37,097 bases of DNA. It comes from a candidate division BRC1 bacterium ADurb.BinA292 (GTDB lineage Bacteria; Sumerlaeota; Sumerlaeia; MVZB01). The translations under genes were made by a program, and so were the position numbers. Below are positions 8,175 through 17,026 of the stretch, piece after piece; position 1 is the stretch's first letter; every line of letters starts with the position of its first letter. The DNA lies in NCBI GenBank assembly GCA_002068205.1, contig MVZB01000002.1, positions 1 through 37,097 of the forward strand, written 5' to 3'. The notes below the pieces were generated by a model, which was not told the origin of the DNA, searched no databases, and saw only the letters and a list, made by a program, of their open reading frames with translations.

Positions 8175-8624
8175 TTGCGGTTCATCGACGACTTCCGCGA
8201 CATTTGGACCGAACGGCGCAACGCCACGCGCGTGCCGGTGGCCCCCGTGCCGATCAGCATCGAGGTGGCCATGCCCGAAATGACCTTCCGCCCGTACCGG
8301 CTGGAGGGGATCATCTGCAACCTCTCGGCCTACGGCGTCAAGGCGCGGCTGAACAACGTCACCGGCGACATGTTCGGCCTGCTGGTCAACTCGCGCCGCT
8401 ATGCCAAGATCTACTGCGAACAGCCGCTCTGGGAACCGCTGCACCAGACGTTCTGCCGCGTGGCGTGGATCGATTACTACGCGCTGCCGGACCCCGACGC
8501 CTGCCTGATGGGACTGGAATTCCAGAATCCGATTCACGAGCTGGTCGAGATCATCCAGGAGATCGGCACCGCCCCGCAACCGGAGGGGGTGGAGGGGATC
8601 GAACGGATCGATTCGGCCGGTTGA
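8175..8624 (+). CDS. Single-domain PilZ protein (canonical c-di-GMP-binding motifs)
   Basis: ERRNATR (RRxxxR) and NLSAYG (NxSxxG) at the expected spacing. The only start codon upstream of the RxxxR motif is the TTG at 8175, immediately after the HD-GYP TAG and in the same frame. Confidence 0.7.
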   Translation: MRFIDDFRDIWTERRNATRVPVAPVPISIEVAMPEMTFRPYRLEGIICNLSAYGVKARLNNVTGDMFGLLVNSRRYAKIYCEQPLWEPLHQTFCRVAWIDYYALPDPDACLMGLEFQNPIHELVEIIQEIGTAPQPEGVEGIERIDSAG

Positions 8625-8710
8625 CGTAGCCCGCGCAAACCGGTTCAATGGGACGACCGCCCTTGAGGGCCGCATGATCGCCGCGTGCCCGACGCCGCCG
8701 GACGTTCCCC

Positions 8711-9748
<1,038 letters not shown>

Positions 9749-9751
9749 GAG

Positions 9752-9845
9752 GTTCGTCCCTCGTCCTCGTTCTCGTAATTGCTCCCGAAGGCCTTCCCCA
9801 AAATTCGGCCCTCGGCTCTCGTCCCTCGTCCTCGGCTCTCGAACT
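9752..9845 (+). repeat. Intergenic short-repeat cluster (CGTCCCTCGTCCTCG x2, CTCGGCTCTCG x2)
   Basis: CGTCCCTCGTCCTCG at 9755-9769 and 9820-9834. CTCGGCTCTCG at 9811-9821 and 9831-9841. The 13-mer CTCGGCTCTCGAA recurs at 28098, 28182 and, reverse-complemented, at 16891. Confidence 0.7.
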
Positions 9846-9884
9846 CCATTCATGGCGCGCCGCCGCCGCATACGAAACAGACCG

Positions 9885-9926
9885 GGATCTGGATTGAAAT
9901 CAGGATCGGGATCGAAATCGAAATCG
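9885..9926 (+). repeat. Degenerate hexamer tandem array (GGATCG-type, 7 units)
   Basis: GGATCT GGATTG AAATCA GGATCG GGATCG AAATCG AAATCG, in register. The same unit appears on the opposite strand at 12675-12716. Confidence 0.7.
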
Positions 9927-9976
9927 ACTCCCCACCGGCATTTCATCTCGCCCGAGGACGCGCGGCGGATCCGCCT

Positions 9977-10936
9977 TCACAGCATCGCCCGGAGGGCGTC
10001 CTCCAGCCGGGGGTGGCGAAACTCGAAGCCGGAGGCTTGCAGCCGCGCGGGCGTCATGCGGATGCTCGCCAGCAGGAGCTCCTCGGCCATTTCGCCCAGG
10101 GCCAGCCGGACGGCCGCGGCGGGGGCGGGCGTCACGGCCGGCCGTTTGAGCACGCGCCCCAGCGTCCGGGCGAACTCGCGGTTGGTGACGGCCTCGGGCG
10201 CGGCGAAATTGAACGGGCCGGCAAGGTCCGCGCGCCGCATCAGCCACAGAATTCCCCGCACGACGTCCTCCAGCGCGATCCAGCTGACGTATTGATCACC
10301 CCTGCCGACGGGGCCGCCGACGCCGGCTTTGAAGAACGGCAGCATCATCTTGAGCATGCCGCCGCGCGGGCTGAGCACGCCGCCGAAGCGGGTCAGCGCC
10401 ACGCGGATTCCGGCCTCGCGGGCCGGTTCGGTTGCGGCTTCCCACGCCTGGCAGACCTCGGCCAGGAACCCGCCGCCGGGAGCGTTCTCCTCAGTCAGGA
10501 TCTCGGCGCCGCGATCGCCGTAGAAGCCCATGGCGGAGGCGCAGATCAGAACCGCCGGCCGGGCGGCAGCGGCGGCCAACCGCTCGCAGAGCAGCCGCGT
10601 CCCGGCGACGCGGCTTTCGCGGATCCGCTGTTTCTTCTGGACGGTCCAGCGGCCCGTGATGCTCTCGCCGGCCAGGTGGACGACGGCATCGAAGCCCTCC
10701 AGGACGGCGCCGTCGAGCCGGCGTTCCTCGGGCTCCCAGGAGATCGCCTGTTCGCCCTGGCGCGGGGTGGCGCCGTGGACCAGCCGGACGACGCGCGCCT
10801 GGTCGGCCCGCAGCCGTTCGAGCAGGGCGGCGCCGATCAGGCCGTGCGATCCGGAGACGAGGACGCGCCCGGCGGGTTCGTGACCGACGGCCTGGGGCTG
10901 GCCGACAGCCTGGGGAACGGGGGAAGTGGCGGCCAT
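9977..10936 (-). CDS. TIGR01777/SDR39U1-type NAD-dependent epimerase family protein (YfcH-like)
   Basis: VLVSGSHGLIGAAL Rossmann motif. The C-terminal DUF1731-like tail ends SGFEFRHPRLEDALRAML. ATG at 10936. Confidence 0.82.
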   Translation of the reverse strand: MAATSPVPQAVGQPQAVGHEPAGRVLVSGSHGLIGAALLERLRADQARVVRLVHGATPRQGEQAISWEPEERRLDGAVLEGFDAVVHLAGESITGRWTVQKKQRIRESRVAGTRLLCERLAAAAARPAVLICASAMGFYGDRGAEILTEENAPGGGFLAEVCQAWEAATEPAREAGIRVALTRFGGVLSPRGGMLKMMLPFFKAGVGGPVGRGDQYVSWIALEDVVRGILWLMRRADLAGPFNFAAPEAVTNREFARTLGRVLKRPAVTPAPAAAVRLALGEMAEELLLASIRMTPARLQASGFEFRHPRLEDALRAML

Positions 10937-11393
10937 GGGAAGATCCTTTGGCGAAATCGCGCAAGGTTCAGGAAGCTGGATTTATGCCATCCGTCGCGGG
11001 CGGGGCCGCGGACGGGTTGGGGAGGCCGGCGTCCCGATTACCTCACATCGCAATCAATTATTCTTGGCCAATCCTTACCGGACGTGCTAGGGTCTGTTCC
11101 GGATGAACGGGCGCCCGCAGCGCCTCCGTTCCACCCCGCGGCGCCCGCGCCCCCCGGCGGGAGTGGGCGAGTGATTGGGATGCGAACGATGTCTCACCGA
11201 AAGCAGGCTTTCATCATTCGCTCCCTGGATTTGATTGCACATCCGTCGTTGATCGACCCGCCACCGCAAATCACTCAGATCGACCGCGCGCCCAACCGAT
11301 TCAATAGCTTGAACCACGGCGTTGTCCGGCCGGGCGCCTTCCGCCTCCGCTGAACCGACGCCGTACCCCGACCATGAATGGAGAGCAAGCCTG

Positions 11394-12368
<975 letters not shown>

Positions 12369-12398
12369 TCCGCCGCGAAGCCCGCCGTGCGACAAATC

Positions 12399-12435
12399 AT
12401 CCGTCGGATCGAACCGGTCCGACGGATTTTTCATT
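12399..12435 (+). terminator. Rho-independent terminator after the desaturase gene
   Basis: Perfect 10-bp stem ATCCGTCGGA (12399-12408) / TCCGACGGAT (12418-12427), 9-nt loop, then TTTTCATTT. Confidence 0.75.
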
Positions 12436-12674
12436 TCAGCGCCAGAATATTCCTTTCCCCAGGAAATAAGCTCTGCCACTCAGCAGCGTTGCGCTCCCAG
12501 GTATCGGCCGGTTGCTTCTTTCATGAGGCGGTTTTCGAAACCTGAACGACGAGAGTCGAATTCTCGGGTGCGCCTTTGAGCGTGACGCCACTCCCGCGCT
12601 GGATTTCGGGCCGGGATGGCCCATGGAGGCGGCATGGATCGGCGGTGCGACCGAGGCATCCCGGCGAGGGGCGG

Positions 12675-12716
12675 CGATGCCGATCCCGAATCCGATCCCG
12701 ATTCCCAAATGGATCC
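12675..12716 (-). repeat. Degenerate hexamer tandem array (CGATCC on the plus strand, i.e. GGATCG on the minus strand)
   Basis: CGATGC CGATCC CGAATC CGATCC CGATTC CCAAAT GGATCC, in register. This is the reverse-complement unit of the 9885-9926 array. Confidence 0.65.
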
Positions 12717-12721
12717 GGCGG

Positions 12722-12769
12722 ATACAATATATTGCACCTCCCTTTACCGAGGACGACAAGATGTTGCTT
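12722..12769 (+). promoter_or_regulatory. Tandem NrdR-box-like operators
   Basis: Box 1 is ATACAATATATTGCAC (12722-12737; the core CAATATATTG is a perfect palindrome). Box 2 is CGACAAGATGTTGCTT (12754-12769; core CAAGATGTTG). The published consensus as I recall it is acaCwAtATaTwGtgt. The offset is 32 bp, which is the usual tandem spacing. Confidence 0.5.
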
Positions 12770-12777
12770 TTTTGGGG

Positions 12778-12806
12778 TTGACTTCTCCCGGGGCCGGCGT
12801 TATAAC
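12778..12806 (+). promoter_or_regulatory. Near-consensus sigma70-type promoter directed toward nrdJ
   Basis: TTGACT (12778-12783), 17-nt spacer, TATAAC (12801-12806). It lies directly downstream of the NrdR-like boxes. The predicted TSS is near 12813. Confidence 0.45.
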
Positions 12807-12812
12807 CGCCCC

Positions 12813-13510
12813 ACAATCGCGACTTACCGGGCTCCGGTCGCTATCGGCGAACTGAACTGCATGGTCTTCTTTCCGTCTCCCCGCCGAAGCGAACCGTCCC
12901 CCCTCGCGATATCAACCCCGATGCCGGGCCCGACGCCTCCGCCCTCTGTCACTGGCAGCCTTGGGTGGGGCAGAGACGGCCGGGCCGACTTCCCTGACGG
13001 GGAAGGGGGGCATCGGGCCGGTTCCCCTGGAACGGGGATCCCGGGCGACAGGCACTGCGCACCTGACGCCCGACCGCGCGGCGGCGCCGGAACAGCGACC
13101 GGGGCCTCCGCGACTCAGGGCTGCCGAATGATCCGATACCCGTCGCCCCTGCTCCGGTTGCGACCCGTTGAATCCGCTCTGGTAAAGCGTTGCCGGCGAT
13201 CCCGTGGAACCCGTGAAGGCGAACCCGATGGACCGTTGTGACCCGCTCCTGTAGAATGCTCTCGGAACGCTTGCGAGGAAAGTTCGGCAGCCCTGATGGT
13301 CGGTCCGTGCGCTCCGGCCCGATGGGTGCTTTGTCCTCCTGAACGAAGATGACCCGAAATGCGCCGGAGCAAGGCTCCGGCCGGCGCGCCCCCGCCGGGC
13401 GTGTCCGCTAAGCTGTCGCCTTTGAGCATTCGCTGAGACCGGTTTTGCCCCCACGCCCGACGGCTGGTCGGCCCCGACCACACCACGAGCCCGCCTGAAA
13501 GGGCCTCCCC
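12813..13510 (+). other. Putative long (~700 nt) GC-rich 5' leader of nrdJ, possibly a structured RNA
   Basis: No protein-like ORF on either strand. An in-frame TGA at 13496-13498 blocks upstream extension of nrdJ. Local hairpins at 12989-13005, 13023-13038 and 13364-13380, plus a 9-bp complement between 12917-12925 and 13009-13017. Confidence 0.35.
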
Positions 13511-16500
13511 ATGAAACTGTTCCGCCGCCACACCCGCTCCGACATCAACCCGCTGGACGAGGTGGAGTACGAAAAACGCCGATCGGTGATCACCAACTCC
13601 GATGGCTCGATCGTCTTTGAGATGCGCGACGCCGAGGTGCCGCGCGCCTGGAGTCAGCTTGCCACCGACATCATTGTCTCGAAGTATTTCCGGCGCGCCG
13701 GCCTGAGCGGCCCGGAGGGGCGCGAGACGAGCGCCCGCCAGGTGGTCCACCGCATCGTCCACACGATCCGCGTCGCGGGCGAGCAGATGGGCCGCTACTT
13801 CCATTCGAAGGAGGACGCCGACACGTTCGAGGCCGAGCTGGCCCACCTGCTGATCACGCAGAAGGGGGCGTTCAACTCGCCGGTCTGGTTCAACTGCGGC
13901 CTGTGGCACGAATACGGGATCAAGGGGAGCGGGGGCAACTTCGCCTGGGACCCGGCGACCGACGCGATCGAGGAGATCGACAACAACTACAGCCGGCCGC
14001 AGTGCTCGGCCTGCTTCATCCAGTCGGTCGAGGACGACCTGATGTCAATCTTCGACCTGATCAAGACCGAGGCGAAGATCTTCAAGTACGGCTCGGGGAC
14101 GGGGACGAACTTCTCGCGCCTGCGCTCCAAGCACGAGAAGCTCTCCGGCGGCGGCACCAGCTCGGGGCTGATGAGCTTCCTGGAGGTGTTCGACCGCGGG
14201 GCGGGCGCCACCAAGAGCGGCGGCACGACCCGGCGCGCGGCCAAGATGGTCTGCCTCGACATGGATCACCCCGAGATCGAGGAGTTCATCAGCTGGAAGG
14301 TGCGCGAGGAGGAGAAGGCGCGCATCCTGATCGAGCACGGCGGGCTGCCGGCCGACTTCAACGGCGAGGCCTACCATACCGTTTCGGGCCAGAACTCGAA
14401 CAACTCGGTGCGGATCACCGACGAGTTCATGCAGGCGGCGCTCGAGGGGAAGGACTGGGGCACGTACGGCCGCGTCACCGGCGAGCTGATCGAGCGCAAG
14501 AACGCCGCCGACCTGCTGGCGAAGATCTGCCAGGCGGCCTGGCGCTGCGCCGACCCCGGCGTGCAGTTCGACACGACGATCAACGACTGGCACACCTGCC
14601 CCAACACCGACAAGATCCGGGCGAGCAACCCGTGCTCCGAATACATGTTCCTGGACGACACGGCGTGCAATCTGGCGTCGATCAACCTGCTGAAATACCT
14701 GGACGAGGAGGGGGAGTTCGACGTCGAGGGGTTCCGCCATGCGGTGCGCCTGCTCATCCTGGCGCAGGAGATTCTGGTCGACTTCTCCAGCTACCCGACC
14801 GAGCGGATCGCCCGCAACAGCCACGATTACCGGCCGCTGGGGCTGGGCTACGCCAACCTGGGCGCGATGCTGATGGTGCTGGGGATCCCCTACGACAGCC
14901 CCGAGGGGCAGGCGATGTGCGGGGCGATCACGGCGATCATGACCGGCCACGCCTACCGCGTGTCGGCCGAGATCGCCGCCGACGTCGGCGCCTTCCCCGG
15001 TTACGCGCGCAACGCCAAGCCGTTCATGCGCGTGATGCACAAGCATCGCGACGCAGTCGACCGGATCAATCCGGAGTTCTGCCCGAGCTATCTGTTGGAG
15101 GCGGCGCGCCAGGATTGGGATGAAGCGATCGCCCACGGCGAGCAGCACGGCTACCGCAACGCGCAGGCGACGGTGCTGGCGCCGACCGGCACGATCGGCC
15201 TGCTGATGGACTGCGACACGACGGGGATCGAGCCGGACTTCGCGCTGGTCAAGTTCAAGAAACTGGCCGGCGGGGGCTACTTCAAAATCGTCAACCAGTC
15301 GGTGCCGGCGGCGCTGCGCAACCTGGGTTACAGCTCGGCGGAGATTCAGGACATCCTGCAGTATCTGCTGGGGACAATGACGCTGCGCAACGCGCCGCAC
15401 ATCAACGAGACCACGCTGCGCGAGCGCGGCTTTACCGACGACGACCTGGCGCGGGTGGAGAAATCGCTGCGCGGCGTCTTCGACCTCGGCAGCGCGTTCG
15501 CGCCGTGGGTTCTGGGCGAGGATCTGCTGCGCCGGCTCGGGCTGAACGGCCAGACCAAGGAGCCGGGCTTCAGCGTCCTGCGCTTCCTGGGCTTCACCGA
15601 GGCGCAGATCGAAGAGGCGAGCGACCACATCTGCGGCCGGATGACGGTGGAGGGGGCGCCGCACCTGCGCGAGGATCATCTGGCGGTGTTCGATTGCGCC
15701 AACCGTTGCGGCCGGATCGGCCGACGGTTCATCGCGCCGATGGGGCACATCCGGATGATGGCGGCGGCGCAGCCGTTCCTCTCCGGCGCAATCAGCAAGA
15801 CGGTCAACCTGCCCAACGAAGCGACAGTCGATGAGATCCGCGAGATCTACGTCGAGGGCTGGCGGATGGGGCTCAAGGCGATCGCGCTCTACCGCGATGG
15901 CTGCAAGCTGAGCCAGCCGCTCAGCACGAGCGAGAAGAAGCCGAAGGCCAAGGAGGTGGAGGTGGCGGCCAAGGCGCCCGAGGCGCCGGCGGCGGCGGCG
16001 TTCAACCGGGCGGTGGACGAGGCCCGCGCCGAGGCCCAACCGGTGCAGCTCAAGGCGCCGGCGCCGATGCGCCGCCGGCTGCCGCAACGGCGCCAGGGGA
16101 TCACCGTGGAGTCCAGGGTCGGCGGCCACAAGGTCTTCCTGCGCACGGGCGAATACGAGGACGGTCAGCTGGGCGAGATCTTCATCGACATGCACAAGGA
16201 AGGGGCGGCCTTCCGCTCGATGATGAACTGCTTCGCGATCGCGATCAGCAAGGGCTTGCAATACGGCGTGCCGCTGCGCGAGTTCGTCGATACGTTCACG
16301 TTCACGCGGTTCGAGCCGCAGGGGCCGTGCGATCATCCCTACGTGAAGCTGGCGACGTCGGTCGTCGATTACATCTTCCGCGTGCTGGCGTTGGAGTATC
16401 TGGGCGACGACAGCATGTGCCAGGTCAAGCCGGAGGAGAACATCGGCAGCGTCGTGTCGGTCACCGAATCGTCGGCCGAGGCCAAGGCGCTGGGCTGGCA

Positions 16501-16762
16501 ACCGAAAACCGAGGACGGCGGGGCGGAGGCGGCGCCGGGTGCGGCGCCCGCGGCCCGGCCGGTCCGCGTGGTGGAACCCGAGCGGGTGAGCGCGCGCGGC
16601 GGCGCGCAGGCGCAGGCCAAGCCGGCCGCTTCGGGGCTGGAAAGCCAGATGACGACGCTGATGGGCGACGCCCCGTTCTGCGACAGTTGCGGCCACATCA
16701 CCGTGCGCAACGGCACATGCTACAAGTGCCTCAATTGCGGCAATTCGATGGGCTGCTCGTAG
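13511..16762 (+). CDS. nrdJ: Vitamin B12-dependent (class II) ribonucleotide reductase
   Basis: 1083 aa. N-terminus EVEYEKRRSVITNSDGSIVFEMRDAEVPRAWSQLATDIIVSKYF, thiyl-radical loop SNPCSEYMFLDD, TVNLPNEATVDEI, and C-terminal Cys cluster CDSCGHITVRNGTCYKCLNCGNSMGCS. Confidence 0.97.
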   Translation: MKLFRRHTRSDINPLDEVEYEKRRSVITNSDGSIVFEMRDAEVPRAWSQLATDIIVSKYFRRAGLSGPEGRETSARQVVHRIVHTIRVAGEQMGRYFHSKEDADTFEAELAHLLITQKGAFNSPVWFNCGLWHEYGIKGSGGNFAWDPATDAIEEIDNNYSRPQCSACFIQSVEDDLMSIFDLIKTEAKIFKYGSGTGTNFSRLRSKHEKLSGGGTSSGLMSFLEVFDRGAGATKSGGTTRRAAKMVCLDMDHPEIEEFISWKVREEEKARILIEHGGLPADFNGEAYHTVSGQNSNNSVRITDEFMQAALEGKDWGTYGRVTGELIERKNAADLLAKICQAAWRCADPGVQFDTTINDWHTCPNTDKIRASNPCSEYMFLDDTACNLASINLLKYLDEEGEFDVEGFRHAVRLLILAQEILVDFSSYPTERIARNSHDYRPLGLGYANLGAMLMVLGIPYDSPEGQAMCGAITAIMTGHAYRVSAEIAADVGAFPGYARNAKPFMRVMHKHRDAVDRINPEFCPSYLLEAARQDWDEAIAHGEQHGYRNAQATVLAPTGTIGLLMDCDTTGIEPDFALVKFKKLAGGGYFKIVNQSVPAALRNLGYSSAEIQDILQYLLGTMTLRNAPHINETTLRERGFTDDDLARVEKSLRGVFDLGSAFAPWVLGEDLLRRLGLNGQTKEPGFSVLRFLGFTEAQIEEASDHICGRMTVEGAPHLREDHLAVFDCANRCGRIGRRFIAPMGHIRMMAAAQPFLSGAISKTVNLPNEATVDEIREIYVEGWRMGLKAIALYRDGCKLSQPLSTSEKKPKAKEVEVAAKAPEAPAAAAFNRAVDEARAEAQPVQLKAPAPMRRRLPQRRQGITVESRVGGHKVFLRTGEYEDGQLGEIFIDMHKEGAAFRSMMNCFAIAISKGLQYGVPLREFVDTFTFTRFEPQGPCDHPYVKLATSVVDYIFRVLALEYLGDDSMCQVKPEENIGSVVSVTESSAEAKALGWQPKTEDGGAEAAPGAAPAARPVRVVEPERVSARGGAQAQAKPAASGLESQMTTLMGDAPFCDSCGHITVRNGTCYKCLNCGNSMGCS

Positions 16763-16840
16763 AGGCGCGCGGGGCGGCGCTCGGAGTCCGGCCGGGAGAC
16801 AAAGTCTGGTTCAAACGCCGAAACCCCCTTGGAACGTCCA

Positions 16841-16876
16841 AAGCCGGACCGCCGCACAGGCGGCCCGGCTTTTGGT
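16841..16876 (+). terminator. Rho-independent terminator after nrdJ
   Basis: AAGCCGGACCGCC / GGCGGCCCGGCTT stem (one mismatch), loop GCACA, followed by TTTGG. Confidence 0.65.
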
Positions 16877-17026
16877 AATTGCGGGGTGGTTTCGAGAGCC
16901 GAGGCCGAGGGATGGTTTTGGAGCAAGAGATGGCGTCTTGCGGAGGCGGGGGTTGCGCGGGGAGGGGGGCGGGGGGCAGAATAGATACTCGAGTATACGC
17001 AGCCCGTTTTTCGGGAGGAGTTGACG

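Noticed and set aside
9885-9926. Could the tandem arrays (here, at 12675-12716 and at 29784-29873) be CRISPR arrays?
   Set aside because: The periods are 6 and 9 bp with no spacers, and there are no cas genes. These are micro- or minisatellite-type repeats.
12880-13080. Possible cobalamin riboswitch in the nrdJ leader (GTCACTGG, GGGGAAGGGG, CAGG...ACCTG fragments)
   Set aside because: Only scattered partial matches. The GGTG.GAA..CC / CCCGC.ACTGT core and a contiguous B12 box are absent, and the spacings are wrong. B12-mediated repression of a B12-dependent reductase would also be unexpected. A cmscan run is needed to be definitive.
13271-13290. GAGGAAAGTTCGGC resembling the RNase P RNA P4 motif (GAGGAAAGTCCGGGC)
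   Set aside because: The other universal RNase P elements are absent (the GGTAAGGGTGAAAGGGTGCGGTAAGAGCGCACC region, ACAGAACCCGGCTTA). Too little sequence remains before the nrdJ start for a full RNA.
14045-16696. 883-aa minus-strand ORF inside nrdJ. The same applies to 22747-24726 (-), 25679-27922 (+), 28328-30160 (-), 34510-36096 (-), 7602-8747 (-) and 8645-9946 (-).
   Set aside because: All overlap genes with clear family signatures on the other strand or in another frame, and all have Arg/Ala/Gly/Asp-dominated low-information translations. These are GC-composition artefacts.
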